Source of the DNA: a virus
Lineage: Duplodnaviria > Caudoviricetes
DNA: 47,723 bases
Reading direction: 5' to 3' (one strand)
IMG/VR virus record: IMGVR_UViG_3300012940_000008
Location: 1-47,723 of that record
Under the pieces are notes generated by a model. That model worked only from the letters and a program-made list of their open reading frames with translations. It searched no databases and had not been told where the DNA came from. Below are positions 1-9,934 of this stretch, piece by piece (within the stretch, counting starts at the first letter, position 1; each line of letters begins with the position of its first letter). The translations under genes were made by a program, and so were the position numbers.

Positions 1-123
1 AAGGCCTGATCGTCGTTGGCGTCCCGCTCGAGGCCGACGACCCGCCCGATGGTGTCGAGCTGCTCTCCGGAGGAGGTGTCCAGCCATCGTTCGGTGAGGA
101 GCTGCCAAAGCGCATCCTCGAGC
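1..123. repeat. Left copy of 123-bp terminal direct repeat (circular assembly overlap)
   Basis: 1-123 (aaggcctgat...catcctcgagc) is identical to 47601-47723, and an ORF reads in frame across the junction. Confidence 0.97.
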
Positions 124-338
124 TGCTGGATCTCGTCGAGCTGGACGACGAGCGCCCCCTCGAGGAGCGGCTTCCGCTTGAATTGCTCGAGGAGCCGGTC
201 GACGCCCTCGAGGGCGTGAAGCCGCTTGTGGGCGAGCTCCTCGCCGACGCGGGGCGTCTCCGGGTCGTAGTCCTGGGTCCCACCGTCTCCGCCGCCCAGG
301 CCGACGAAGAGCTCGTCGAGCTCGTATGCGAAAGGCAT
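1..338 (-). CDS. 5' part of baseplate wedge protein (DUF2612-like), continues at 47600-47222
   Basis: ATG at 338: MPFAYELDE...RLLEQFKRKPLLEGALVVQLDEIQQLEDALWQLLTERWLDTSSGEQLDTIGRVVGLER; the GxQLDxIGxxVG motif is typical of this family; in frame across the junction. Confidence 0.8.
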   Translation of the reverse strand, partial: MPFAYELDELFVGLGGGDGGTQDYDPETPRVGEELAHKRLHALEGVDRLLEQFKRKPLLEGALVVQLDEIQQLEDALWQLLTERWLDTSSGEQLDTIGRVVGLERDANDDQA

Positions 339-350
339 CCCGTCCTCCGG

Positions 351-1457
351 TCAGGGGGCGATGTTGTAGGCGACCTCGATTCCCGCGGCGAGGACCTCGA
401 AGTCCATCGCCTTCGAGCCCGCCGCTTCGATCCAGATCCGCGTGAAGGTGTCCTGCTTGGCGAAAGCCCCGTCGAGCTTCGCCCATTCGCTTTTGACGAG
501 GTTCCCCATCGGACCGTAGGAGTCGCCGCCGCCGATCTCGAGGTGGGCCATCGGGGCGGGGCCGCCGCCGTCCGCGGGGAGCCAATTGTTCCCGTAGTCG
601 TCGGAGCATTCGACCCACCCGAAGACCTCGTCGCCGGGGCTCGTGTAGAGGATCATCCAGAAGCGGATCGCCGTTGCGTTCTCGAGGTCGACGAGGGTCC
701 GGAAGCCTTCGTGCCCATTGTAGCCGGGGGAGCAATCGGGGAATTCACCGGAGCCGTTGGAGACCTTCACCATGAAGGGGGAGCCGCCGTGCTGGTGATC
801 GGCGGTCCAATGGGCAACGGTCCGCGCCCGGGCAAATTCGGTGTCCGTCGTTCCGCCGCCTCCGGTGGCGTAGAGCCGCCCGAAGCCGTCGAGGGCGAGA
901 CCGATCCCGTAGTCGACCCGGATGTAGTTCCCGCTCATGTAGAGGCCGCCGCCGGAGACGGCGACGCCGCCCACGTTGGAGCTCGAGGCGAGATCCAGGG
1001 CGTGCTTGTGGTCGGAGCGAGAGAAGGCGAGGGAGGTCCCCGCGCTGTTGGAGGAGCCGCCCGCGGAAGTCGGGGCACCCCAGGCGATCAAATGCTTGTG
1101 GTCGTAGCGGGAGGCCTCTCCGCCGGTGCCCGGTGTCGCCGCGACGCCCGCCTGGAGCGTCGAGGGGGTCTGATTCGAGAGGACGACGCCGCCACCGCCG
1201 CCCGCGGCGAGCTGGGCGAGGGTGTAGGAGGTCCCCGCCGCCATCGTGGCGTCCCGGAAGCGGAGGGCGCCGGTCTCCCGCCAGATCACCACCTCCTCGT
1301 CGTCCGTCCCCGCCTCCTGGAAGAAGACGCCCGCCACGTCGATCCCGTCTTCCTGGGGAGTGAGGGCCTTCGGGAACGGGCGCCGCTGGCCCGCCTGCCC
1401 GCCGGTCGTCGAGTCTTCGTGCTTGTAGGGCCGAACGCGATCCGCCGGAGGTGCCAT
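351..1457 (-). CDS. Fibre-like structural protein
   Basis: 368 aa, Gly-rich, repeated SRxDHKH motifs (ASRYDHKH, FSRSDHKH) and GGGL/GIGL beta-repeats typical of phage fibres; within late operon. Confidence 0.6.
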   Translation of the reverse strand: MAPPADRVRPYKHEDSTTGGQAGQRRPFPKALTPQEDGIDVAGVFFQEAGTDDEEVVIWRETGALRFRDATMAAGTSYTLAQLAAGGGGGVVLSNQTPSTLQAGVAATPGTGGEASRYDHKHLIAWGAPTSAGGSSNSAGTSLAFSRSDHKHALDLASSSNVGGVAVSGGGLYMSGNYIRVDYGIGLALDGFGRLYATGGGGTTDTEFARARTVAHWTADHQHGGSPFMVKVSNGSGEFPDCSPGYNGHEGFRTLVDLENATAIRFWMILYTSPGDEVFGWVECSDDYGNNWLPADGGGPAPMAHLEIGGGDSYGPMGNLVKSEWAKLDGAFAKQDTFTRIWIEAAGSKAMDFEVLAAGIEVAYNIAP

Positions 1458-1514
1458 GCTCGAGGAGCTCCCAGGGCCCGGCGGAGCTCGAGGCGCCGCC
1501 GGGCCGGAGAGGGG

Positions 1515-3098
1515 TTAGATCGCGCCGAAGTCGGCGATCTGGACGTGGAGGTTGTTCGCCGCGTTGCCGAAGTGCTGGCATCCGAAGCCGACGCGGACGA
1601 CGCGACCGCTCGAGGGCGGGGTCGTGGCGAGGGCTCCCGCGGTGGCGGAGAGGAAGTATTCCGGGCCCGCGGTGACGCCGCTCTTCGTGGCGATGCCCTG
1701 GGTTACGACCTTGACCCGGGCGCCGCTGGCCGCCGCCTCCTGGGCGATGCCGACGACGTTCGCCCGGGCCTCCGCGGTGGAGGCCTTGACGACCTGCCCG
1801 GAGCCATTCAGGGCGACCACGTCGTAGGCGGCGAGGGCCTCGCCCGCGGTGAAGTCCTCGAGGGTGGCGTAGGAGAAGAGACCGGAGCCGCCGCCGCCGC
1901 TGATGCCGTGCTGGGTCAGGACCTCGAGCCCGCCTCCCGGGGTGGCGTAGAGGGTTTGGCCCTTCTTGACCTGGAGCTTGCCCCCGACGCCCGCCGCGTC
2001 GAATTCGAGGGAGCCATCGCCGGAGAGCTCCACGTCGAGGGTCGCCGCCGCCCCGTTGGCAATCGCGCCACCGCCGGAGAGACCGGCGCCCGCGGTGACG
2101 GTGTGGGCGTGCGAGCCCTCCGCCACCGATCCGCCGATGGTCCCGAAGATGACGCCGAGCTGCTTCGCGTTGCCCGTCCCGGCGAGCTCGAGGCCCGGAT
2201 TCAAGCTCTTCAGCTCGACGTGCAGGGTCACGTCCCCGGAGAGAGCTCCGCCACCGGAGAGGCCCTCGCCCGCGATCACCTGCCGGGAGGTCGGGACCGC
2301 GCCGACGTTCGCCGCGGTGTGCGTGTGGTTGCCCGCGGCGACCTGGGTCGAGCCGGTGCCAATGTCCGCCGAGAGGGTGACGCTCCCGCCGTTGGCGACG
2401 GAGCCGCCGCCGGAGAGGCCGGTCCCCGCGGTGATCGTGTGGGCGTGGTTGCCCGCCGCCGCCGTCGAGGAGGTCGTGCCGAGCTGGACGTTGAGCGTGT
2501 TCCCGGAGCGGGAGAGGGCGGTCCCGGCGACGATGCGATCCGCGCCGGTGAATTCCGTAAACTGGATCGCCGTCGTCCCGGGCGTGATCGCCGTGTCCGG
2601 CGAGGTGAGGACCCACGTCGAATTCGCCCGGGCCGCCGCGCCCTCCCGGACGTGGTACGAGGCGCCGGAGATCAGGTCGTCCTCCGCCCGCACCATGGGG
2701 ACCGCGGCCCCCTTCCACAAGTAGATCCCATTGTCCGCGTGCGCCGCCCCGCCCGCGCCCGCCTGATGGAAGACGCCCACGCGGTCGTTGAGGGCCATCG
2801 CCACGCCGTCGACGTTCGCGCCGGGGGCGGCGAGGTTGATCGCTGCCTGGGGCGCCATGACGCGGACGGGCTCCCGGACGGCGAAGCCGGAGAGCTTCCC
2901 GTCGACGTAGGCCTTCGTCGCCGCGTGCGCCCCCTGGGTCGGAGCGCCGACGTTGGAGATCGGGAGGTTGTTCGCGTCGAAGGCGGAGCCGGACGCATTC
3001 GAGGCCTTGAAGCTGGGGGCCTCGAGGGCGTCCGCGCTGTCGATTTCGGTCGGGTATCCGCGCGTCGAATGCCGGACGAGGGGCTTCACGTTTGCCAT
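1515..3098 (-). CDS. Head/tail fibre protein with HxH repeats and C-terminal cement-like domain
   Basis: 527 aa; AATKAYVD motif, three AGxGLSGGG repeats with GNHAH/GNHTH/GSHAH; C-terminal AGEALAAYDVV...VVGIA...VKVVTQG domain. Confidence 0.7.
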   Translation of the reverse strand: MANVKPLVRHSTRGYPTEIDSADALEAPSFKASNASGSAFDANNLPISNVGAPTQGAHAATKAYVDGKLSGFAVREPVRVMAPQAAINLAAPGANVDGVAMALNDRVGVFHQAGAGGAAHADNGIYLWKGAAVPMVRAEDDLISGASYHVREGAAARANSTWVLTSPDTAITPGTTAIQFTEFTGADRIVAGTALSRSGNTLNVQLGTTSSTAAAGNHAHTITAGTGLSGGGSVANGGSVTLSADIGTGSTQVAAGNHTHTAANVGAVPTSRQVIAGEGLSGGGALSGDVTLHVELKSLNPGLELAGTGNAKQLGVIFGTIGGSVAEGSHAHTVTAGAGLSGGGAIANGAAATLDVELSGDGSLEFDAAGVGGKLQVKKGQTLYATPGGGLEVLTQHGISGGGGSGLFSYATLEDFTAGEALAAYDVVALNGSGQVVKASTAEARANVVGIAQEAAASGARVKVVTQGIATKSGVTAGPEYFLSATAGALATTPPSSGRVVRVGFGCQHFGNAANNLHVQIADFGAI

Positions 3099-3107
3099 GG
3101 GGTCCTC

Positions 3108-3572
3108 TTACTTCTGCGGGGCCTTCTGGACGAGGCGCCCCGCGTCTTCGTGGAAGGTGTACGCCAGCGGGTCGATCTTGTGTTTGGCGGCGAGCTCCTC
3201 GAGGAGCCGCCGCTCCTTGCCCTTCTCCTCGCCGACGACGCGGACGAGATCCCGGACCTGCCTCCCCAGCTCCGCGATCTGCGCGTTCGCCTGGGCGGCG
3301 ATCAGCTCCGTCTCCTGCTCGAGCTTGGCGATCCGGAGCTCGCCCAGGGCCCGCCGGGAGACGAGGCGCGAGAGGCGAAGGGCGTCGAGCTCGTCGAGCT
3401 GGACCTCCGCGGGGGCGGGCGCCGGGAGGATCGTCGCCTCCTCGCCGCCGATGGGCGCCGCGGGCTCGAGCTCGCCGCGCCGCTGGGCTTCGATCTGCGC
3501 GGCGATGTGCGGCGGGATCGTCGGCGGGAGCTTCTTCGGCCTGGGCTTCCTGGTCTTCTTCGTCTCTGCCAT
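3108..3572 (-). CDS. Hypothetical coiled-coil protein (possible fibre chaperone)
   Basis: 154 aa, tightly packed in operon, heptad-like helical segment. Confidence 0.6.
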   Translation of the reverse strand: MAETKKTRKPRPKKLPPTIPPHIAAQIEAQRRGELEPAAPIGGEEATILPAPAPAEVQLDELDALRLSRLVSRRALGELRIAKLEQETELIAAQANAQIAELGRQVRDLVRVVGEEKGKERRLLEELAAKHKIDPLAYTFHEDAGRLVQKAPQK

Positions 3573-3576
3573 GGTT

Positions 3577-4170
3577 CTACGTTCCCCGGTGGATGAAGAT
3601 CGCCGTCGAAGGGGCGACCCGGAGCGCCGTCGTCGAGACGGCGATCCCGATTGTCTGATGGTCGACCTCGACGCCCGGGAGGGCGGTCGGCGGAGTGTCC
3701 GAAGGTCGACCGTTGGCGCCGACGTAGTAGACCTTACCCGGAATCAAGCCCGAAAGGACGCTCCGGAGGATCAAGCCGCTCCGGACCCGCGCCGTCGACC
3801 CGTCGACACTCTCGACGATGCCGACCGCTGGCATCCTGGCGGGGTTCGTCGGGTCCGCCCGGGCGATCAAGCCGTCCGGGAGGACGCAAGCGGCATCCCC
3901 CGCCAGCACGCCGACCTCGCACGCTCCGGAGAAGGCGGAGAGGTCGCCCGCCTCGAGCTCGTCGGAGAGGTCCCGGACCCGTTGCTCGAGGCTTCCAGGA
4001 GTCGACCCATCGGCGAGGCCCACCGCCCGGCAAACGGCGATCAGGGCGTCCGCCAGGACGTTGTATTCCTGGGCCCGGAGGTAGTTGACCAGATTCTCCG
4101 CGGCCCGGAGGTCCGCCTTGACCCGTCCGATGCTGTCGTCGGTGCGTGTCGGGAGCCGGACGAGGGCCAT
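3577..4170 (-). CDS. Structural protein with cement/fibre-like C-terminal domain
   Basis: 197 aa; C-terminus (ARAD...AVGIV...GLIPGKVYYV...TPP...IGIA) resembles the C-terminus of 1515-3098. Confidence 0.6.
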   Translation of the reverse strand: MALVRLPTRTDDSIGRVKADLRAAENLVNYLRAQEYNVLADALIAVCRAVGLADGSTPGSLEQRVRDLSDELEAGDLSAFSGACEVGVLAGDAACVLPDGLIARADPTNPARMPAVGIVESVDGSTARVRSGLILRSVLSGLIPGKVYYVGANGRPSDTPPTALPGVEVDHQTIGIAVSTTALRVAPSTAIFIHRGT

Positions 4171-4174
4171 CGGG

Positions 4175-5395
4175 TTAGACCTCCACCGTGATCCGCCCGG
4201 AGTCCAGGTCGATCAGGTCCCGCACGTCGGCGGGGAGGTTGACGGTCCCGGTCGGGTTGGCGGCGAAGCCTGCCCGGATCTCGAGCACGTCGACGACGCC
4301 CGCGACCTCGAAGATCGGGACGTGGAGGTGGGAGAGGCGCAAAGGGGCGCCGACCCGGAGCTCCCGATCACCCCAGGCCGCCACCGCGTCCCGGACGAGC
4401 TGGGGCGAGACGAAGGGGTCCCACCCCTTCGTCGCGTCGACCTCGAGGGAGATCCGGAGGTAGGCGGCGAGGACGTTCGGGCGGGAGAAGCGGACGGTCC
4501 GATCCTGCCCGGTGGAGTCCTGGACGGTGACGACCTCCGAGCCATGCGACCGGATGCCCGCGGGCTTCGTCCGCCAGATCACCGCGCCGATCTCCTCCGC
4601 CGGGACCGCGGAGCCGTCGAGCGTCCCGTCGTGGACGAGGGCCTCGAAGGAATGCGGCGGGAGGCCCAGGGCGTCCGGGAGGTCCGTCTCGTTCTCGAAG
4701 AGCGTCGCCGAGACGACGCCCACGCCATCGGGCGAGTCTTCGCCGATGCGGAGGAGGGCGACCCGGATCGCGTCCAGGGTGGAGCCGCTCGAGAGCGTCA
4801 GCTCCTCGAGGCGCCGCCGCCGGAGCTCCTCGTCGGTCTCGACGGCGAGGCCCTCCACCGCGTCCGCCGCGTTGACGACGGAGGTCCACCCGGAGACGGG
4901 GGTGGCGATCACCGTCAGGGTCCCCGCCGCCGCCGGGACCGGGCCGGTCGCCTCCGCCTCGAAGAGTGCGGGGATCGTCGCCGCGGAGCTCGTCGCGTTG
5001 ACCACCTCGTCCCGATTCCGGAAGCGGACGGAGGGCCGCCCGGAGACGGAGGCGACGAGGGCGCCCGCGGGATAGGTCCCGGGCTGGACGGTGATCGTGG
5101 CGGTGACGACGGAGCGGGTCGCCGGGCGGCGGAGCGTGCCCGTCAGGGAGGCGAGAGCGGTCAGGGCCTCGTCCGATGCCCGGTCCGGGTCCGTCGAGGC
5201 GTAGACGCTCGAGGCGAGCTCCCAAAGCTCCCGGATCTTCGAGGCGGTGATCCCGATGATCTGCCCGAAGACGGAGGCGCTCGAGAGGTTGATCGAGGGC
5301 CCGAAGACCTCCCGGTAGTCCGCCTCGAGCTCCGCCTTGATCTCCTCGAGCGTCTTCGCCCGGAAGCCGGAGGGGGTGAGTCCGTAGGTTGCCAT
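4175..5395 (-). CDS. Baseplate J / Mu gp47-like wedge protein
   Basis: 406 aa; YGLTPSGF start, GW..V.N, ETDEELRRRR, GLPPHS, KPAGI..G and VRFSRP motifs. Confidence 0.9.
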   Translation of the reverse strand: MATYGLTPSGFRAKTLEEIKAELEADYREVFGPSINLSSASVFGQIIGITASKIRELWELASSVYASTDPDRASDEALTALASLTGTLRRPATRSVVTATITVQPGTYPAGALVASVSGRPSVRFRNRDEVVNATSSAATIPALFEAEATGPVPAAAGTLTVIATPVSGWTSVVNAADAVEGLAVETDEELRRRRLEELTLSSGSTLDAIRVALLRIGEDSPDGVGVVSATLFENETDLPDALGLPPHSFEALVHDGTLDGSAVPAEEIGAVIWRTKPAGIRSHGSEVVTVQDSTGQDRTVRFSRPNVLAAYLRISLEVDATKGWDPFVSPQLVRDAVAAWGDRELRVGAPLRLSHLHVPIFEVAGVVDVLEIRAGFAANPTGTVNLPADVRDLIDLDSGRITVEV

Positions 5396-5398
5396 GCG

Positions 5399-5776
5399 CT
5401 AGACCTCGACGATGAAGGGCCCGTCGTTCCGCGTGGAGACGATCCCCCCGTCCTCGAGGACGGCGGAGAAGTCGAGGCGGAGGGTCCGGGAGGTGGGGTC
5501 GAAAGAGCTCGAGAGCTCCGGGACGGAGGAGATCCCGGGCGTCTCGAGGGCGATCCGCCGATACATGCTCGAGAGGACGAGGGGGTTCGGTCGCTTGATC
5601 CCCAGGATCTCCCGGAAGTAGGGGATGCCCTCCCGCTGGTCCAGGAACCATTCGCCCAGGAAGAAGCGGAAGCGGGTCCGGAGGTGCTGGGCGACCGCCT
5701 CTCCCTCCCGGACGACGGCGAGATCCCCGTCCTCGAGGACGAGATCGCCGGTCTCCGCCGAAATTGCGAGGTCCAT
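5399..5776 (-). CDS. Baseplate wedge / sheath initiator (gp25- or gp46-like)
   Basis: 125 aa; AVAQ..RTR...FLGEWFLD..EGIPY...ILG motif; between spike and baseplate J. Confidence 0.85.
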   Translation of the reverse strand: MDLAISAETGDLVLEDGDLAVVREGEAVAQHLRTRFRFFLGEWFLDQREGIPYFREILGIKRPNPLVLSSMYRRIALETPGISSVPELSSSFDPTSRTLRLDFSAVLEDGGIVSTRNDGPFIVEV

Positions 5777-6457
5777 CTAGTCCGCCTTCACCTTCGAGGA
5801 GCCCAGGGAGCCGGGCCAGCTCGAGAAAAGGGTGCCGAGGGCGGTCTTCAGGGCGGCCCCGCCGTCGTTGGCGATGGGCGTCCATCCCTGGATCGCCGTT
5901 TTCAGGTCGTCGAGGGCCTTCTCCACCTTCGAGGCGAGGGCCACCGCGTCCGCGGGCGCCTCCGACCCCAGCCGGACCTCGCCCGCGGTGACGTGGATCT
6001 CCGCCCCGCCCTTCTTCCCCAGGACGAGGTGATCGGGGTGGGCGCCGCTGGCCTCTTCGGTGAGGAGCCCGGGGATCGCCACCGCGCCGCCGAGGTGATG
6101 AAGCCGCGTGTCGCCCGGGTCGGCGACCTCTCCGGTCCGCCTCCATTCCGCATGGGCCCGCATCGTGAAGAGGACGAGGACCGGGTCGCCCTCGAGGACC
6201 GGAAGCGTCAAGCGGAAGCCGCCCGCGGCGAGGAAGACGAGGGGGACCGCGGGGAGGATCGGGAGCTCCTCGAGGACGGTCCCTCCGTCCGCGGTCCGGA
6301 TCGGGCGCTTCAACGTCGGGAGCACGTCGGCGACCTGCTTCGTCGCGTCGTAGCGGACGACCCGCCCGGGCAGGGCGGTGTAGAGGCCCTCGAGCCGGGC
6401 CTCCATCGCCGCCCGGACGACGCCCGCGAGCGTCTTCTCCTCGAGCCTTCCGGACAT
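5777..6457 (-). CDS. Baseplate central spike (Gp138-like)
   Basis: 226 aa; TALPGRVV.YD, VP..F...GGF.LT.PV..GD.VLV.F and R.HHL..AVAIPG motifs. Confidence 0.85.
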   Translation of the reverse strand: MSGRLEEKTLAGVVRAAMEARLEGLYTALPGRVVRYDATKQVADVLPTLKRPIRTADGGTVLEELPILPAVPLVFLAAGGFRLTLPVLEGDPVLVLFTMRAHAEWRRTGEVADPGDTRLHHLGGAVAIPGLLTEEASGAHPDHLVLGKKGGAEIHVTAGEVRLGSEAPADAVALASKVEKALDDLKTAIQGWTPIANDGGAALKTALGTLFSSWPGSLGSSKVKAD

Positions 6458-6466
6458 CCTGGCCTC

Positions 6467-7324
6467 CTATCGGGCGAATCGGAGGACGAGATTCGAGTGC
6501 CAATCCGCGCCGTGCGTGTCCCCACGGTACTCGACGCGGAAGGTCCGGAAAAGTCCGCTGATGAACTCCGATTCTAGCTGTACGAGGCGCCCGGGAACGA
6601 TGTCGGGATGGAGCTTGCTCGAGCAAGTGACCTCCCGCGGCGGGGCGAAGACGGAGCCGCCGAAACCTGCGGGCGTGTTGATCGAGGGCGAGCCGACGAG
6701 GCCGGTCGACGCGGAGAGCTTGACCGCCGTCCCCTCGAGGGCGCCGCCCTTCGGGATCACCTGCAGCGCCCCGTCCTGGATCGAATGCTCGAGACCCACC
6801 GCGTCGAGGAGGCGCCGGAGCTCGTCCGCGGTCTGCCCGGAGACGACGGTCCCGCCGGTGAAGACGCGGAGATTCCCGGAGAGCTTCCCTCCCAGGGCTT
6901 TGTCCAGGTTGCCCAGGCCGACGCCCAGGTTCTCCGCCAGGAAGCGGAGCACGTCGGCGACGGGCGTCCCCGGGGCGAAGCTCCTCGAGGTCCTCGAGCT
7001 CCGGAAGGAGGCGAGACCGTCGCCGCTCGAGACGATGGCGACGACCTGGGGGCCTTCCCGCTCCCAGCGGACGTAGCGGAGATCACCGTGGTAGAGCTGG
7101 GAGACCGCGCCCTGGTAGCCCGCCTCGAGGCGGACCGGGACCTGCCGCCGGGCGTCGAAGGCCTCGAGCTCCGCCTGATGCTTCTTCGAGAGGTTGTAAA
7201 TCCGGATCTCCGCCCGATTCGGACGGGGGAGGAGGTCCCGCTCCACCTGGAATTGCACCCGGAGGCCCGTCACGCGGAGGGGCCCGATCACCACGTCGGA
7301 GACGCGGCGGAAGAGCGTCGTCAC
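6467..7324 (-). CDS. Baseplate hub protein
   Basis: GTG start overlapping upstream TGA; PNRAEIRIYNL, LEAGY, SIQDG.LQ, TGLVGSP and GDTHG..W motifs. Confidence 0.85.
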   Translation of the reverse strand: MTTLFRRVSDVVIGPLRVTGLRVQFQVERDLLPRPNRAEIRIYNLSKKHQAELEAFDARRQVPVRLEAGYQGAVSQLYHGDLRYVRWEREGPQVVAIVSSGDGLASFRSSRTSRSFAPGTPVADVLRFLAENLGVGLGNLDKALGGKLSGNLRVFTGGTVVSGQTADELRRLLDAVGLEHSIQDGALQVIPKGGALEGTAVKLSASTGLVGSPSINTPAGFGGSVFAPPREVTCSSKLHPDIVPGRLVQLESEFISGLFRTFRVEYRGDTHGADWHSNLVLRFAR

Positions 7325-7659
7325 GATGCCAGCTCCTCGAGCTCGTCGGCGGGGACGTAGAGGAGGCGGAAGCGGGCGCCGAGCTCGCCGAAGCCCGGGT
7401 CCCTCCCCTGGCCCTCGAGGTCGACGACGAGGAAGTCGCCGGGCGGGAGCCGGGGATCGGTCTTCCGGCGGAGGAGCCGGGCGCCGACGACGAGCTTCAC
7501 GCCGCACGCCAGGGGCTCCTCTTCGTTGTCGAGGAGGTCCAGGAACCAACGTCCCTCCCTCTCCCGGAAGTCGAAGACGAGGAGGTAGTCCCGCCCCTCG
7601 AGCTGGGTCCGCTGGGAGTAGGAGACGAGCTCCGTCGACGTAGGGATCTCGAGGGCCAT
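7321..7659 (-). CDS. Baseplate plug-like protein
   Basis: 112 aa; L.G..Y.L.F....R...W.LD and G.KLV.G motifs; position between tube initiator and hub. Confidence 0.75.
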   Translation of the reverse strand: MALEIPTSTELVSYSQRTQLEGRDYLLVFDFREREGRWFLDLLDNEEEPLACGVKLVVGARLLRRKTDPRLPPGDFLVVDLEGQGRDPGFGELGARFRLLYVPADELEELAS

Positions 7660-7662
7660 CGG

Positions 7663-8337
7663 TCAGTCTCCGCCGGTGAAGTGATCGAAGAGCTTTTTCG
7701 CCATGCTCGAATTCGGCGGGACCTCCTTCGGGGCCTGGACGCCGCGGGAGCTCTTCTTCTGGCCGCGCCGCTCGAGCGTCGGGATCTCGACGATCTCCGT
7801 CTCGACGAGCCGCACCTCGACGGCGGAGGCGGAGAAGGCGAGGGCGTTCCCGGTGGAGGCGTCCCGGGTCGGCGAGAGCTCCCGGATCACCATCGAGGGG
7901 TACTCCCGGAAGCCCGTCACGATCCGGACGATCACCCCCTCGCGCACGATGCGCCGGAGCTCCTCGAAGACGGTCCGCGGGCGGTCGAAGGCACCCGACC
8001 ATCCGAGGACCGTCGCCGAGACGGGCTTCGGGCCGCCGGTGATCTGATCGTAGAGCTCGCCGACGACGTTCCCCGCTCGAGGCGAGGGCGTCGGGAGCTC
8101 CACCGGGATCGCCTGCCCGACGACGCCCGGGGTGTTGGACCGCTCGAGGGGGTGATTCGAGACGAAGCCCTGGATCGTCCAAGTGTCGGGGTTCGGGATA
8201 ACGTGGTCGGTGATCGCCGCGCCCTTCTCCACCGGGTCCGTCGTCACCTCCGCCGAGACGGTGACGCTCTCCGAGATCACCGCGTCGACGTGAATCGAGG
8301 TCTCCTCCCCGCTGGGGAGCTGGTAGACGATCTCCAT
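7663..8337 (-). CDS. Baseplate / tail tube initiator (Dit-like)
   Basis: 224 aa; DAVISE...S.EVT..PVE.GA.ITDH motif; directly after tape measure. Confidence 0.8.
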   Translation of the reverse strand: MEIVYQLPSGEETSIHVDAVISESVTVSAEVTTDPVEKGAAITDHVIPNPDTWTIQGFVSNHPLERSNTPGVVGQAIPVELPTPSPRAGNVVGELYDQITGGPKPVSATVLGWSGAFDRPRTVFEELRRIVREGVIVRIVTGFREYPSMVIRELSPTRDASTGNALAFSASAVEVRLVETEIVEIPTLERRGQKKSSRGVQAPKEVPPNSSMAKKLFDHFTGGD

Positions 8338-8338
8338 C

Positions 8339-9925
8339 CTATCCTCCGACCGGGACGAGATCCCCGTAGGCCGCTTCTAGGTCCGCTTCCTGCTGCGCCC
8401 GGAGCTTGTCCTGGACCGCCTGGGCGACCGCCTCCGGGTCCCCCGCGCCCTGGACGACGATCTGGCCGACCTCCGTCCGCTGGTTCACCTGCCGGACCGC
8501 CTGGGTCGTCGCCTGGACCGCCTTCGTCCCGACGCTGTAGGTGGCCTCGAGGCCCGCCGCGGCGAGCCGGGCCGCATCCTTCGCGCCCTCCTTCACGTCC
8601 TGCCAGTCGATCCCGAAGAAGTCGGCGACCTTCTGGACGAGCTCGCCCATCGCTCCGAGCTTCTCCCGAATCGAATCGACAACGTAGCCCCAAACGCTCG
8701 AGAGGGCGGTCCGGAGGAGCTTCGCCACCTCGAGGCCCAGGTCGAGGAGGCTCGAGAAGAAGCCCTTGGCCGCCTCGAAGGCGGGCCCGAAGGTCTCGCC
8801 GAGGAAGGCGGCGATGTCGCCGAGGACCTCGAGGAAGATCGCCCCCCATTCCTTCGAGGTCTCCCAGGCCTTCCCCAGCCATTCGACGAGATCGGCGACG
8901 AGCTCCTTCGTCCCCTCGACGAAGGCCGCGGCGGAGCCGACGCCGAAAAGCTGATCGATGAAGTCGCCGATCACACTCTCGCCGCCGGTGAAGAGGGCGA
9001 TCAGGTCGTCGACGATCAGGACGACGGCGGCGATGGCCGCGGCGATCAGGGCCGCTTTCAGAATCAGGGGCGCCCAGGCGAGAGCGATCCGGATGCCCGC
9101 CTGGACCATGCTCCGGGCGAAGATCGCGATCACCGGGATCAGGACGAGGAAAGCCGCCTCGAGGGCGTGCGTCCCCGCGGTGAAGTCCCGGAACCATGCG
9201 ATGCCGCGGGCGACCGCGGAGATCATGGCGGAGAGGGCGGGGAAGAGGGCGAGGCCCAGGCGCATCTTCAGGGATTCGATTGCGAGCCCGAAGCGCGTCA
9301 GGGAGGAGCGGAGCTCCGAGGAGGCCTCTCCGAAGGCGGTCATGTCCGCGGAGGCGAGGCCGCGGACCTCGCCGCGGAGGCGGGCGATCCCGTCCGCGCC
9401 CTGGCGGAAGAGACCGTGGAGGTTCGCCGCGGAGCCGCCGAGGAGGGCGTTTGCGATCATCGCCCGCTCCGTCTCGTTGGAGACGTTCCCCAGCTTCCCG
9501 GCGACCTCCTCGAAAACGTCCGCCGCCGACCGCTGCCAGATCCCGGACGTGGAGACGCCCAGGCGGGCGAACATGCGGATCGCCTCCTCGCCGCCGGTGA
9601 GGACGCTCTTCATTTGCCCTTGGAGGCCCTGGATCGCGCTCGTCACGTCCTGGCCGGAGGCGCCGGAGAGCTCCGCCGCCGCCTGCCATTCCCGGAGCTC
9701 CTCCGCGGAGAGGCCGAGCATTTTCGAGACGTGATCCAGCTCCGCGCCCATGCGGGAAACTTCGTCGACGAAGCGGGAGATCCCGACGACGACGGCGGAG
9801 CCGACGATCACCTTCCCCAGCGTCCGGAGCTTGCCGATCATGCCCTCGAGACCGGCGGAGCCTGCCTCGAGCTGCTTGTCGTCGAAGTCGATCCCGAACC
9901 TTGCGAGGAGCTCCCGGACGACCAT
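8339..9925 (-). CDS. Tail tape measure protein
   Basis: 528 aa Ala/Gly-rich helical protein with VDDL....GGESVIG motif; follows tail assembly chaperone. Confidence 0.85.
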   Translation of the reverse strand: MVVRELLARFGIDFDDKQLEAGSAGLEGMIGKLRTLGKVIVGSAVVVGISRFVDEVSRMGAELDHVSKMLGLSAEELREWQAAAELSGASGQDVTSAIQGLQGQMKSVLTGGEEAIRMFARLGVSTSGIWQRSAADVFEEVAGKLGNVSNETERAMIANALLGGSAANLHGLFRQGADGIARLRGEVRGLASADMTAFGEASSELRSSLTRFGLAIESLKMRLGLALFPALSAMISAVARGIAWFRDFTAGTHALEAAFLVLIPVIAIFARSMVQAGIRIALAWAPLILKAALIAAAIAAVVLIVDDLIALFTGGESVIGDFIDQLFGVGSAAAFVEGTKELVADLVEWLGKAWETSKEWGAIFLEVLGDIAAFLGETFGPAFEAAKGFFSSLLDLGLEVAKLLRTALSSVWGYVVDSIREKLGAMGELVQKVADFFGIDWQDVKEGAKDAARLAAAGLEATYSVGTKAVQATTQAVRQVNQRTEVGQIVVQGAGDPEAVAQAVQDKLRAQQEADLEAAYGDLVPVGG

Positions 9926-9934
9926 CGTTCCCTC

